From: Octopus vulgaris
Taxonomy: Eukaryota
Direction: 5' to 3'
DNA length: 64,000 bases
Assembly (NCBI GenBank): GCA_951406725.2
Contig: OX597829.1
Location: 50,902,001 to 50,966,000 of the forward strand
Part shown: one piece after another, positions 11,350 to 25,838 of the stretch
Position numbering within the stretch: the first letter of the stretch is position 1
Layout of the letters: every line of letters begins with the position of its first letter
Notes under the pieces: generated by a model
What the model was told of the DNA's origin: nothing
Databases searched by the model: none
Seen by the model: the letters and a program-made list of their open reading frames with translations, nothing else
Program-made: the position numbers and the translations under genes

Positions 11350-11745
11350 CAAGCTGTGTTGTAAGAAGTTTGCTTTCTAATCAAATGGTTCCAGGTTCAG
11401 TCCCACTGTATGGCATCTTGGGCAAATGTCTTCTATTATATAGCCTCAGGCCAATCAAAACTTTGTGAGTGAATTTGGTGGTTGGAAAGTGTGTGGAAGC
11501 CTACTATGTGTGTGTATGTGTGTGTGTTTGTTTCCCACTATTACTTGACAACCAATGTTGGTTTGTTTACGTCCCCATAACTTGGCAGTTAGACAAAAGG
11601 AGACTAACAGCACAAGTACCAAAGTTAGAGAAAAAATAGTGACTACTGGAGGTTGATCTGTTCGCCTGAAAGACCTTCAAGTTGGTGCCCCAGCATAGCT
11701 GCAGTCTAATAACCGAGACAAGTCAAGTACAAAAACTAAAATAAA
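11350..11745 (+). mobile_element. Diverged near-full-length CORE-like octopus SINE
   Basis: tRNA-like head, internal (TG)n, and CCCCAGCATAGCTGCAGTC tail as in younger copies. Confidence 0.75.
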
Positions 11746-12173
11746 AGATGACAAATAAATATTTTGACAGACCAACTTAAATACATACAATCGCAAATTG
11801 GCATAAATCGCAAAGTTTAAATCTGGCTTATTGTGTTGTTTAAAAATTACATCAGGTCCTCATTCATCTTGTCAATTTCATGCTATATATATTATGTTCA
11901 GCATTAGAAAAAAATTATCATATCACATTCAAAATAATTACACTGTATACATTTATCATTTTCAATTGATATTTATTTGCAAGTATTTCATTACATGACT
12001 AAGAACTATGTTGACATTTATCCCACAGACAGGATATTTCTCGTACTGAATGTATATTTACCACAAAAAAAAAAAAATTGTGTAATTATTTTAGTTGGCA
12101 GTAAGTTGATATTTAACAAATATTTCACGACTGATTATTATTATTTATTTTCTTTATATATATATATACACAC

Positions 12174-12628
12174 ACAGTAAATCCTTGAGTATAGTCTGCC
12201 CTTGAGTATAATACGCAGGGGATTTTTAGGGGGTTGTACCTCTGAAAAACCTAAACCTTGTGTATAATACACACACCTTCTCTAACTTGAGTTAAGGAGG
12301 TCTATATAACGTCCTTGGTTTGTAAATATGTATACGGTAATGTCCTTTATTATTATTGCATATATAACATAATGCAAACGTGTAGCTTCTTTGTGCATTT
12401 TGTTTGCAGAAAATAAAGTAATAACAGTAATAATGTTTAATAAATGTTGCTTACTGCAAGTTATGGATGATCCTTTTATGACTTCATTGCTTTCAGGTTT
12501 AGCTTAAGGTATTTTCACACCCGACATCACAAAATGTGTCTGAATAAACATTGCCAGACAGCAAATAGAGACTCTTACATTGCTTAGAAAACATTTTTTC
12601 ATTTTTAACCTCGTATATAGTACGCACT
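12174..12628 (+). mobile_element. Pogo/Tigger-like DNA transposon fragment
   Basis: Starts CAGTAAATCCTTGAGTATAGTC with repeated GAGTATA motifs typical of such ends; followed by an RTE tail. Confidence 0.45.
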
Positions 12629-13667
12629 AGGCACGTAAAAGCACCCACTACACTATGGAGTGGTTGGCATTAGGAAGGGCATCCAGCTGTAGAAACTCTG
12701 CCAGATCAGATAGGGGCCTGGTACAGTCATCTGGCTTACCAGTCCTCAGTCAAACCATCCAACCCATGCCAGCATGGAAAGCAGACATTAAACGATGATG
12801 TTGATGATGATATCTATATACATATACATGAATATATATATACATACATATATATATACATACATATATACACATTTACACACACACAAACGTACATATA
12901 TTTGTATACACACACACACACATACACACACCATGAGCTTCTTTAAGTTTCTATCTTCCATAATCACTCAAAAAGTCAATCTGGAGCTTTTGGTAGGGAA
13001 CACATGCCCAAGGGGCCATGCAGCGATATTGAACCCATAATTCATAACCATGTGGTGCGGAAACAAACTTCTTATTTCTTTATTGCCCGCAAAGGGCTAA
13101 ACACAGAGGGGACAAACAAGGACAGACAAAGGGATTAAGTCGATTACATCAATCCCAGTGCATAACTGGTACTTAATTTATCGACCCCAAAAGGATGAAA
13201 GGCAAAATTGACCTCGGCGGGATTTGAACTCAGAACATAAAGACAGACAAAATGCCGCTTATCAACTTGTTTTTTTTTTCTTAAAGTAGCAGATCATAAA
13301 AATTAACTTTACACAAGAATTACTCTTAAGTTTGGTTGCTAATTCTATCATTGGTTATTTAATCAACCGTGGAAACAAGAAAGAAAATTATGTTTTAAAG
13401 TTATATCTTATTTATTTTCCTTTTGTATAATTTTATTTATTTATATTTTTTTTTGGTAAGCATAATATTTTCTTTTGTTCTTTTGGTTATTTGAATGACT
13501 GGATTGTGACAATGCTGGAACACTGCATCAAGAATTTTGGTCGATTTTATCAATTTTATTGAATCACAGTATTTGTCTAGTACATATTTTAGTGACTTTG
13601 CAAGGTATGAATGTAAACCAAAATACTCTTTGGCATGGCAGGATGTAATTCTAAATAGAACATTGCA

Positions 13668-13850
13668 TCCGCGTGAGCGGAAAAGACCACCCGGAAGACC
13701 TCCACGACGGTGGAGTGACGATTTCAAGAGGACGATTGGGATCACGTGGATGAGAAAGGCGCGATCCAGAGAGGAGTGGACAGCGTGCTGTGACCAGCGG
13801 TGTCAAATGGACGCCTGACGGACTGGTCGGTCAAGGTGATCAAAGTGATA
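13668..13850 (+). mobile_element. Young RTE-clade LINE 3' end
   Basis: HPRERKRPPGRPPRRWSDDF...W...REEW is the typical RTE C-terminus; CpG-rich; followed by (GATA)n. Confidence 0.8.
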
Positions 13851-13876
13851 TATAGATAGATAGATAGATATCTATC

Positions 13877-13952
<76 letters not shown>

Positions 13953-13974
13953 TCTATATATATTATATATATAT

Positions 13975-14039
<65 letters not shown>

Positions 14040-14492
14040 CAGAAGCAATGACAGGAGACCAAGGCGCTTGGAGATATGCTGTGAATGAAAAGACCCAGTA
14101 ACTAAAGTGAGATCGCAGCAATGCATGTCAGGCTCAGTTAAGAGTATCTGATGCATCATGTGTTATGATGTGCTTCAGAAGACCTGTTGAGTCAGGTAAA
14201 ACCAATATCATAGCTGTGGCCAGTGCCCCCTGACTGACTCTCATGCCAGTGGCACCATCTGAAGCACCATCTGAACGTGGCCAATGCCAGTACCCCCTAA
14301 CAGGCTCTTGTGCCAGTGACATTTAGAAAGCACCCACTACACTCTCGGAGTGGTTGGCATTAGGAAGGGCATTCAGCTGTAGAAATATTGCCAGATCAGA
14401 TTGGTGCTATGGTGCAGCTGATGGCTCTCCAGACATCAGTCAAACCATCTAACCCATGCCAGCATGGAAAACGGACGTTAAACGATAATGAT
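14040..14492 (+). mobile_element. 3' UTR of the PHD-RTE LINE family
   Basis: GGAGTGGTTGGCATTAGGAAGGGCAT...CATGGAAAACGGACGTTAAACGATAATGATG tail shared with 27021-27908 and 53023-54037; many shorter copies occur in the window. Confidence 0.8.
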
Positions 14493-15029
14493 GTGAATTA
14501 AGATGGCTAGTTACAGTTTAAAAACCAAATGGCACAAGTACAATCTTCACTAAAGCGACCAAGGATGCTAGTGATCACCAGCATTGCTAGAAATAAGAGT
14601 CAAAACAACTCTTAGCCACGGGGAAGCACTTGTCTATTGACTGACAAGGAAGACAAAGAGTTGTTTTGACTCTTATTTTTAGCAATGCTGGTGCTGGCTT
14701 GTACCCTTAATCACTTTAATGACAATTATATTATGTATTATGCTCTTCCTAATTCCAACCACTCTGAGAGTGTAGTGGGTGCTTTTTTACATGTCACCAG
14801 TACAAGAGCCAGTCAGCTGACCCTGGCATCGATCGGATAGTGCTTTTTACGTGCCACTGGCACGAGGGCCAGTCAGGGGCTACTGGCATCGGCCACATTC
14901 AGATGGTACTTTGTATGTGCCACTGGCACAAGAAGCACACACGCTTAGGTAAGTTTCAACCAAAATTGTCCTAGGTTATATCTAACTTAACAGCACCACC
15001 TGGAAGAGACATTAAATGATGTTTCATAT

Positions 15030-15580
15030 TACTGTCTTTTTTTGGGTGCCATAGCCCAAGTAAAGAGTTATTGTTTGTAGAAATATATCCGGGTGTAGGT
15101 GGTTTATCTGGAATTTGTTGGAAATATTCGTCCAGGACCTGTTTGAATGTTAGAAGACCTTTTTCTTCCCTTATGTGTCATGTCTTATGACATTGAAAGG
15201 AGTAGGGATAGTTGAGGTTAAATAGTTATGGATTAGTGCTGTAATGTTGCATGAGCATGGTTTTTGAAGATGGATGGATGGCATGGGAACGAAGCATTGG
15301 GTTAATTTTAAAGCTGATGCCAACATCATTTCGGCAATGCTGTCGGAACATTCTCCATGTCATACGAGTAATGTAGTGCTCACACCACCAGTGGAAGAAT
15401 TGAAGTTTGAGTTTCTTGAGGTGATCCCAATAATCAAGGCTGTCATGTCATCTATTTTTCTCTGATTGATCTCTGAAAACCACAGCAGAGAACAGTACTT
15501 AAGATGAGGGCTGGCGAAGGTGGAAAATAGAAGATAATGGTTGGAATATTTCTAAGTTAAAAATCCAGAGGATCCTATCT
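15030..15580 (-). mobile_element. Degenerate CR1-group LINE ORF2 C-terminus
   Basis: Minus-strand peptides LFSTFASPHLKYCSLLW and TFKQVLDEYFQQIPDKPPTPGYISTNNNSLL. Confidence 0.7.
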
Positions 15581-17403
15581 ATCAATCAATTACTCTATCA
15601 ATATCTCTCTCTATCAATATGACAAACAAATAAAAGAATAAAAGAATATATATCAATGTGCATGTTTCTTTGTATCTGTCTCTGCCCCACCACTTGGCAA
15701 CTGGTGTTGGTTTGTTAATGTTCCCATAATGTAAAAATAAGAAATAAGTACCAGGGGTTGATTCATTTGATTAAAATTCTTCAATGTGGTGCCCCAGCTT
15801 GGCCAGAGTCTAATGACTGAGACAAGCAAAATATATAAAGTTACATCATTATCATCGTCATTTTAAGAAGTACATTTTCCTGATTGCATGTGTCAGATGG
15901 AAGTACACTGGTACAGAGTCTTTCCGCAGGCTGAGACTCTTGCTGATTCCGGCACCTGTTTCAAAGTGAGTTACTGGGTTACCAGCTCAGACATGATTAG
16001 GCAGAGAACGAGAAACACATGATGATATATGAATGAGGTTTATCTCTAGTAACAGTAGACACACAAGGAGATGAGGGGAAATATGAATTCCCTCATACAA
16101 CATATACACACACTCACACACACACACACACATATATATATACCACACACAAATATAAACATCATGCAATGTCCACTCTCCATGCTGGCATGGGTTGGAC
16201 AGGTTAACTGAAAACTGATAAGCCAGGGGGCTGCACCAAGTTCCAATCTGATTTGGCAAGGTTCCTACAGCGGGATGCCCTTCCTAATGCCAACCACTCT
16301 GAGAGTGTAATGGCCGTTTTTTAAGTGCCACCAACACAGGTGCCATTGGCGTCACACCAGCATTGGCCACAACTATGGTTTCACTTGGCTTGACAGATCT
16401 ACTCAAGTATGGTATATCCTTTTCTATTCTAGGCACAAGGCCAGAAATTTTGGGAAAGGGGCCAGTCAATTAGATTGACTCCAGTACACAACAGGTACTT
16501 AATTTATTGACCCCAAAAGATGAAAGGTAAAGTCGGACAAGCATGGTATATCACCAAAGGTCTTGGTCTCCCTAACCATGATGCCCAATGCTTGAACAGT
16601 GCTCTTTACATACCACCAGCATGGGTACCAGTCAGATGACACTGGCGTCGGTCGCATGTGTGTGTGTGTGTGATCCAATTAATCTAACGAAAGTTACAAC
16701 TTCCATCTGTCAAGTATGCTTCAAACAATGCAGGTCTACAATGGGACTGAAGAGTTAATTGAAAATTTATGGTTGGATTGTCAGAAATTCCATTAACAAT
16801 GATCCCGTAACTTAGCAGTTCAGTCAAAGAGAACGATAGAATAAGTACTACACTTACAAAGAATAAGTACTGGGGTCGATTTGTTCAAGTAAAGGTGATG
16901 CTCTTGCTCTAGCATGGCACCAGTCAAGTGATTGAAAAAAACAAAAGAATAAAAGAATGAGCAAGCTCAGGGAGACAACAAACATCTGTGAAAATGAAGC
17001 AATCACCATTATAGCCATGCCTTTGTATGTGTGTCTGCATGTATGTATGTATGTATGTATGCATGCATGTATGTATGTATGTGTGTATGTATTTATGCAT
17101 GTATGTATGTATGTGTATGTATGTATGTGTATGTATGCATGTGTTTATGGACAGGTTTGTGGGTCTCGACAGTTACAACTAGATTTAGGCTCTTGGTATT
17201 GACCTTGTGTCACAATACTCTTCGTATTGAGGTTGCAGCTATATCATAATTTCATAGAACGCCTTTCAAATATTTTCCTGTACCTGTGATCTTTCTGGAA
17301 AATATTTGTCTAAGAGAGACAAGAATCTTTTACCTAAGTTAGTTTTTATGTTAAGGGAAAAGGGAAGGGTGAACCAAATAATTTTTCTTGATCTATTTTT
17401 AGG

Positions 17404-17461
<58 letters not shown>

Positions 17462-17650
17462 GTATTAGTATTATTATTATGATCAATAGTAAGGGGTTAT
17501 ATATTAATTTATCTTTAAAGCCACTACTGGCATTGTTATAGAAGAGGTCTGCTTTCTTGAAAATTCCTCCAGAGGAAGAAAGGTTAGACACAGTTACTGA
17601 TATTAGCTATTACAGAAGGGTGACAAGACTATATATATATATATATATAT

Positions 17651-18110
17651 AAGTTAATAATAATAATATTAGGGAGTAAATCCAAACTTACAGGGAAAAA
17701 TTAGATTTAGGATTAAATCCAATTTTATAATATAAATATATATTATATTAGATTAGAGATAAAACCACTATTAGGCAAATCAAACAGTGAAAATCATAAG
17801 CCAATACATAGAAAAAATTAATTAAAAAATATAAAATATAAATATAAAAAATATAAAATATAAAATTCCAAATTAAAATATTGAAATTAAAGTTAAAATT
17901 TAAAAAATTATTTATTTAAAAAATTATTTAAATAATTTAAATTATTTAAATAAAATTAAATATTTTTTAAAATTTTAACTTTAATTTCAATATTTTAATT
18001 TGGAATTTTATATTTTATATTTTTTAATTAATTTTTTTCTATGTATTGGCTTATGATTTTCACTGTTTGATTTGCCTAATAGTGGTTTTATCTCTAATTT
18101 AATATAATAT
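17651..18110. mobile_element. AT-rich fold-back element in (TA)n (family of 6398-6730, opposite orientation)
   Basis: AAAACCACTATTAGGCAAATCAAAC arm and its reverse complement; (TA)n on both sides. Confidence 0.75.
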
Positions 18111-18589
18111 ATATACACACATATACATACAGAGTGCTTTTAATGTGACACCATCTCCAGTATTTTTGCATGGCATCAGCACCCACACCAATGCTTTTTA
18201 TGTGGCATCTTGGTTTTAGGATCTCAGTTCTGTTGTGGTGGGCAGCAGATCTTCACATATTTCAGTCCTTTGTCATCTCCCTTATAAGGCTCAGTGTTTT
18301 GAGATTGGCCTTCAGTTCTTCGTCCTGTGTCTTCCTGGGTCTCCCTCTTCCACAACATCTTTCCACTTTTAAGTGATTGCCACTTCTTCATGCAACTGTC
18401 CTCATCCATCCGCATCACATGACCAAACTGTCTTCTCTTTTGAACACAGCAACTAATTCCTCCTATGCTCAGCTTCTCTCACCATACACCAATGCTTTGT
18501 TGTACATGTACGCTGATATCACGCATCCAGCGAAGCATATCAGCTTCCTTCCTCTCCAACCTACAAATACATATTATATAGATGCACAT

Positions 18590-18970
18590 GTGCACACACA
18601 CACACATACACACATAACACACCCACAAACACACACACATATATATATACATACGCATATATGTATATATATATATACATACATATATATATATACATAC
18701 ACACACATATATACGCATATATATACACACAGACACACATATACATACATACACATATATATATACATACACATATATACACATACACACGCATATATAT
18801 ATATATACATACACACATATACATATGCATATATATATACATACACACACACATATATATATACATACATATATATATACATATATATACATACACATAC
18901 ATATATATATATACACATATATATATACATATATACAGGCACATACATACACACACACACACACACACAT
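18590..18970. repeat. Compound (CA)n/(TA)n microsatellite
   Basis: Directly visible. Similar tracts at 30848-31310, 40151-40292, 44160-44410, 54800-55206 and 62930-63510. Confidence 0.95.
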
Positions 18971-19794
18971 GGAGAGAGAGAAAGAAAGATAAATAGATGC
19001 TATCTTTTATATACAGTAGACAGCATGTTTTTGTTGTGATATATAATTCATGAAAAGTTTCTGTTTCTGTTTTTTTTTTTTTGGGTTTTTTGGTGCATTT
19101 AAATTCCAGAATCCAACACTTACTAATGCACATTCAGAATATACAAATGTTACTGCTGCCATTATCGCCATTACCATTATCCTCAAGCATCACTGGCACC
19201 ACCACCACAACTGCATTCTACATTTAGGCACTGCACATTTGCAGCAATATTTGACACCAAATGTGCAAGCTTTAAAAAGCAGCTCCAATTGTCTCTGCAA
19301 AAGCTGTTAAAATTTCAGGAAACAGAAATTAAATATCACGGGTTTTAAATATTCTTTGGTTACCAAAACAAGAAGAAGAAGAAGAAGAAGAAGAAGAAGA
19401 AGAAGAAGAAGAAGAAGAAGAACAACAACAACAACAACAACAACAACGACAACAACGACAATGACAACGACAACAACAATAACAACAACAACAAGATGAA
19501 GAACAAGAAGATAAGAAGAAGAACAAGAAGAACAAGAATCACTCTTCTTGGCCGTGAAGAAGACTTTGGCATTGCCCAGCTCATTCTAGCAGATGATTTT
19601 CACCAATTAGATTAATTAGCTCCTTATTTAGCTAATTAATTATTGTCCAAAAAACCAACTTTAACAAAACTAAAACAAAATTTTGATTGAGTATAACAGT
19701 ATTTAATTTTTTTAAAATAATGTGCAGAATTTTGACTTAGGTGGACTTGTACATACACCTGTGCTTTTTTTTGTGTGTGTGTATTTTTTTGTTT

Positions 19795-20233
19795 ACTCTT
19801 CTACTCTTATTTGTTTCAGTCATTTGACTGTGGCCATGCTGGAACACTGCCTTTACTCGAACAAATCGACCCCAGAACTTATTCTTTGTAAGCCTTGTAC
19901 TTATTCTATCAGTCTCTTTTGCCAAACAGCTAAGTTACAGAAACGTAAACACAGCAGCACTGGTTGTCAAGAGATGCTGGGGGAACAAACACAGACACAT
20001 AAACATATATAACATCATCATCGTTTAACATCCGTTTTTGAAGCTAGCATGAGTTGAACAGTTCGACTAGGGTCTGGGAAGCCAGGAGGATACACCAGGC
20101 TCTGGTCTGATCTGGCAGTGTTTCTGCAGCTGGATGCCTTTCCTAATGCCAACCACTCCGTGTGTGTAGTGGGTGCTTTTTACGTGCCACCAGCACAGGA
20201 GCCAGTCAAGGCGGCACTGGCATCGGTCACATA

Positions 20234-20276
<43 letters not shown>

Positions 20277-20430
20277 ATCTTCTTTCAGTTTCTGTCTTAC
20301 AAATCCACTCACAAGGCTTTGGTCAGCCTGAGGCTATAGCAGAAGACACTTTTCCAAGTTGCCACACAGTGAGACTGAACCCTGGACCATATGGTTGGTA
20401 AACAAGCTACTAACCACACAGCCACTCCTG
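19795..20430 (-). mobile_element. CORE-like SINE with an RTE tail (about 20015-20230) nested in its central microsatellite
   Basis: SINE tail 19795-20010, RTE 3' UTR on the minus strand, (TA)n, then SINE head 20270-20430. Confidence 0.7.
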
Positions 20431-21409
20431 TTTTTTCTTTTGATTTCTTCTTTTGGGTAAGATTTTTGAACTATGTCTGTTTATTCCTATGAGCTTACCA
20501 ATACTAATGATGATAAATGCTATAACTTAATGAGCCTAGTATAGAGTTTCATTAATGAACCTGAACTAGAGAACTACTTTAAGTATCTAAATTAATTAAC
20601 TAATTAACCTTATTTTGTCAAAAGAAATACAATATCTATTGAGTGCATTTGATTAGCACCCACCCCATTACCAATTACATAAAGAAAAAACAATCAACAA
20701 AACAATAAAATAAAAATATTCCTTTCTTCTAGTGTCACAAGAGCAGTAGTTTTAGGAGAGAGGGTTAGTCAATTACATTGACGTATAAAAAACCAACTAC
20801 ACTCATGGAGTGGTTGGCGTTAGGAAGGGCATCAGACTGGGCCTGGTGCAGCCTTCTGGCTTCACAGACCCCAGTTGAACCGTCCAATCCATGCTAGCAT
20901 GGAAAACGGACGCTAAACGATGATGATGATGATGATGATGATTGACCTCAGTACTCAACTGGTACCTATTCTATCAACCCCAAAAGGATGAAAAGCAAAG
21001 CCAACCTCAGTAGGATTTGAACCCAGAATGTAAAGATGTGCGAAATGCCACCAGGCATTTTGCTTGGCATGCTAACAGTTCTGCACAACCCGTCCATGCA
21101 ACAGGTTGTACTGGGTTACATGTTACCAGCAGCGCTCAAGAGTGACCTGACATACGGCCTGAAATTTTATGCGGAGGGCTTAGTTGTTTACATCGACTCC
21201 CCCACCCCACAACCAGGTGTGATTTTATTGACCTATAAAGGACGGAAGAGGAAACTGGCTTGGGTGGAATTTGAACTCAGAACGTGCTGTCTAAAGAAAT
21301 GGCGTTAAGCATTTTGTCCAGCATGCTAACAATTCAGCCAGCTCACTGCTTTTAATAACAACAACATAAGCAATAATAATAATAAAATCGTCATCGTCAT
21401 CAGCAGCAG

Positions 21410-21895
21410 CAGGCACTTTCCTGTCTGGCCAAGTCCTCATCAATTTCTTCTAATATCATTTGAAGAGGAAGGTGAGGATAGAGAGGGAGGTGCTGCCTTC
21501 CAGTGTGCTTATCAAAAGATGGCAAACAGTTGCAAGATTGGTGAGACCAAACGGACCAACTCTGAGTATACTTTCCTAAGTAGGAGGAAAGAAACTGAAA
21601 GAGAGCATTTTCCCATGTCTTGAGGATGGCATAGTAATCTGGGATTTTTCTGTGAGGTTTACCCCAGATTACCCTACGTGCACTGCCCCATTATTGGAGA
21701 TTCTATTTATTCGTATATTTATTTCCCTAATTTCTATTATATATCCTCTGTTATATCCCTTAATGCAGTAGCATCTCCCTTTGATTGATGTAAACCCCAC
21801 CTGTTTTTGTCTTTTTTAAAAATGGTTTTTGTGTGCTGTAGCTCATCCTTCAATATTGTCCTCCATGTTTTGGGCCCTTGTGGCCAATAAAAGAA

Positions 21896-21900
<5 letters not shown>
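21410..21900 (+). mobile_element. Tx1/L1-like LINE 3' end, older copy
   Basis: Homologous to 22770-23260; ends TGGCCAATAAAAGAAA then (ATT)n. Confidence 0.6.
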
Positions 21901-21937
<37 letters not shown>

Positions 21938-22045
21938 TATTATTATTACTGAGTTAAGGTAGCATGATGGTAGAATTGTTAAATTGATTTCCCCCATCTC
22001 TCAAAGACTGCTAGCCCTATGCCAAAATTTTAAAACATGATGATG

Positions 22046-22140
<95 letters not shown>

Positions 22141-22143
<3 letters not shown>

Positions 22144-22464
22144 GGTAGTGAGCTGGCAGAGTTGTTAGCAGGCCAGGCAAAATGTTTAGCATTTCGTCCA
22201 TCGCTACATTCTGAGTTCAAATTCTGCTGCGGTTGACTTTGCCTTTCATCCTTTCAGGGTCAATAAATTAAGTACCATTGAAACATTTGGGTCGATGTAA
22301 TCGACTAGTCCCCTCCCCACAAATTTCAGGCCTTGTGCCTTTAGTAGAAAGGATTGTTGTTGTTGTTGTTATTATTATTATTATTATTGTTGTTATTATT
22401 ATTATTATTATAATTATTATTGTTATTGTTATTGTTATTACTATTATTATTATTGTTATTGTTA

Positions 22465-22498
<34 letters not shown>

Positions 22499-22715
22499 GG
22501 TAGTGAGCTGGCAGAGTTGTTAGCATCCCTCAGGAAAATGCTGAATAGTATTTCGTCCGTCTTCATATTCTGAATTCAAATTCCACCAAAGTTGACTTTG
22601 CCTTTCATCCTTTTGCGGGGGGTTGATGAAATAAGTACCAGTTATGCACTGGGATCAATGTAATTGACTTAACTCCTTCCCCAAAATTTCAGGCCTTGTG
22701 CCTACAGTAGAAGGG
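22141..22715 (+). mobile_element. Two Nin/Deu-domain-like SINEs separated by (ATT)n
   Basis: GCCTTTCATCCTTT...GGTC(A/G)ATAAA..AAGTACCA domain at about 22141-22355 and 22497-22715. Confidence 0.75.
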
Positions 22716-22768
<53 letters not shown>

Positions 22769-22769
22769 G

Positions 22770-23258
22770 ATTTCCCCACCACCTTCTTTTGGCCAGGAGG
22801 GGTAGGCAATTTTTATTTGTCTGGTGGCTGTAGCTAAAGAGATAGTATGGTGGACCCATTTGAAAGGGCTAAAGACAGACACTTTCCTCTTTGGCCATGC
22901 CCTCATCAACTTTTTCAAGTTTCACTTGAAAAGGAAGTTGAGGGTGGAGAGGGAAGTGTTGCCTTGTAGCAAGTTTGTTGAAAGGTAGGTGAATGTTGGA
23001 AGAATGACCAGTGGTGAAAGGACCAATTCTGAGTGTGCATCTGTAAAAAAGGTATCAATGGAGAAGGGCTCTTGCCCTGTTGTTCGGGTACCTGTGGCTT
23101 TTGTGTGTTTTCCCATGAGGACTTTAAAGCGCCTCCCCTATTGGCAGTTTTATATTGTTTACACACTGTAAAACTCTTTGTATCGTCCTGTTTTTGTCTT
23201 ATGTTGTTGCCTATCTTTTAATGTTATTTTATGCGAGCCCTTATGGCTAATAAATAAA

Positions 23259-23260
<2 letters not shown>
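22770..23260 (+). mobile_element. Tx1/L1-like LINE ORF2 C-terminus plus 3' UTR, within (ATT)n
   Basis: LVAVAKEIVWWTHLKG...FFKFHLKRKLRVEREVL...FVER resembles the Tx1/L1 ORF2 end; AATAAA then (ATT)n; (ATT)n on both flanks. Confidence 0.6.
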
Positions 23261-23298
<38 letters not shown>

Positions 23299-24756
23299 TC
23301 TTTTAACATTTGTTTTCTATGCTGGCATGGTTTCAATGGTTTAACCAGAGATGGTAAGCAGGAGAGTTGCACCAGGTTCCAGTTTGATTTGGCTCCATTT
23401 CTTTGGCTGGATGTCCTTCCTAGCACCAACAACTGTACAAGTTGTGCTGGGTTCCCTCTCTGTGGCACCAGCATGGGTGCTATGAAACGGCGCTGGTGCA
23501 GATGCTCTTTATGTGATGCCAGCACTGGTGCTTTTCACAGGGTGCCAGTACAGGACTCTTGCAAGCCAATCCTTTTCAGCAGGGTGGGGTGGCGGGGTGA
23601 CATTAACACTTCTGCTGGGGAGAACAGGTCTTCTTGCATACAGCAAGGCACCAGACATATCAATCCTTTGTCATCTCATCATCATTATTATTGAGTGTAG
23701 TGGTTTGGCAGAATTGTAAGGAGTACCAGAGGAATTGCCTTGCAATATTTCTTCCATGTCTTCAATCTGGAGTAAATAAGACAAACTACTAAGGCAAATC
23801 AGGGAGTTTGATAGAACTGACTTCCCCTCCCCACAAAAATTTTGCTGCCCTTGTGCTTATATTATATATTATGATTCTGGTTATTATTATAATTTTATAC
23901 TCTAGGCATAAGGCCTGAAATTTGGGGGGGGAGCAGAAGATTAGAACGACACCACTACGTAACTGGTACTTAATTTATTGACTCTGAAAGGATGAAAAAC
24001 AAAGTCGACCTCGACGGAATTTGAATTCAGAACATAAAGAAAGACAAAATACCACCAGGCATTTTAACTGGCGTGCTCACATTTCTGCCAGCTCGTCGCC
24101 TCATCATCATTATAATACATGAATGATGATGGTAATTACAATGATGATGGTGATGATGGTGATGATGATGACGATGATCATCCTCCTGTTGGTGGTAGTG
24201 GTGGTGGTGGTGGTGGCGGCAGCGGTGGTGATGGTGGTGTGAAGGTAATGAGGAGGAGGAGGTGGAGGAGGATTACGATGATGATGATGATGATGATGAT
24301 GATGAAATAAAAACCGTTCTTTTCCTTGCGGATAATATTATTATTACACCACCACATCAATCACATCAGGCAACTCTATACTAATTTCTACCATCAAAGA
24401 CACTCTATACAGTCGCAGACATGCCTTACAATACCATGAAAATACGATTCTTCCCTCTACAGACACATATTATACTAACACATATATAAAAAAAAACAAA
24501 AAAAAAAACAAAAATACTAACTACATTTTATACTGATACGGATATAATATATTGACTGGGGGCATATGGTTTCTGGATGTGTTAGGTGAGCCATACATCC
24601 CTACTAAAGATGGTACACTCATCAGAAATATTAAACTCGTATTTTTTTTTATATATAACGTAAAAACGGTGCAGACTGTGGTTTTGTGGTTTAAGAAGTT
24701 AACTTTCCCACAAACCAACATTCAGCTTTCAGGTTCAGTCCCACTGCATGGCACCT

Positions 24757-24980
24757 TACTCTTTTTTACTCTTTTACTTGTTTCATTCATTTGACTGTGG
24801 CCATGCTGGAGCACCACCTTTAGTCGAGCAACTCGACCCCGGAATTTATTCTTTTGTAAGCCCAGTACTTATTCTATCGGTCTCTTTTTGCCAAACCGCT
24901 AAGTGACGGGGACGTAAACACACCAGCATCGGTTGTCAAGCAATGCTTGGGGGACAGACACAGACACACAAACATACATG

Positions 24981-25015
<35 letters not shown>

Positions 25016-25174
25016 GACGGGCTTCTTTCAGTTTCCGTCTACCAAATCCACTCACAAGGCTTTGGTCAGCCCGAGGCTATAGTAGAAGACACTTGCCCAA
25101 GGTGCCACGCAGTGGGACTGAACCCGGAACCATGTGGTTGGTAGGCAAGCTACTTACCACACAGCCACTCCTGC
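24757..25174 (-). mobile_element. Full-length CORE-like octopus SINE nested in an opposite-strand SINE
   Basis: Complete head, (TA)n core and (AAAAGAGT)-type tail; the host SINE is interrupted at GCACCTT, which recurs after the insert. Confidence 0.85.
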
Positions 25175-25485
25175 ACCTTGGGGAAGTTTTTTTTTTTTTT
25201 TCTGGGTCATCCAAGATCCTTAAGGGAGGATCTGGTAGATGGAAAGTGAAAGAAGCCAGTTGTGCGTGTGTGTGTGCGTGTGTGTGTGTGTATGTGTGTG
25301 TATGCATGTGTGGGTATGGTTGTAAAGTTTGCTATCCAACCACGTGGTCTTTGGTTCAGTCCCACTGCATGGCACCTTGGCCAAATGTTTTCTAATATAG
25401 CCCTGGGCCAACTAAAGCCTTGTGAGTGAATCTGATAAATGAAAATTGAAAGGATAACACTGTACATCTAACTGTCTACCTCTCT

Positions 25486-25566
<81 letters not shown>

Positions 25567-25785
25567 CCAGGACCATGTGAAAAGCACGCATGAATTGTAG
25601 TCAAGGTCATTGCCAGTGTCATGTAAATGACGCCCATGCTGGAGTGATTGTCATTAGGAAGGCCATCCAGCCATATAAACCATGCCAAATCAGACTGGAA
25701 CCTGGTGCAGTTCTCTGGCTTACCAGTTCCAGTCAAACAGTCCAACCCATGCCAGCATGGACAATGGATATTAAATGATGATGAT

Positions 25786-25838
<53 letters not shown>

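Noticed and set aside
24943-25395. Recurrent peptide RRASFSFRLPNPLTRLW... as a gene family
   Set aside because: Antisense translation of the multi-copy SINE.
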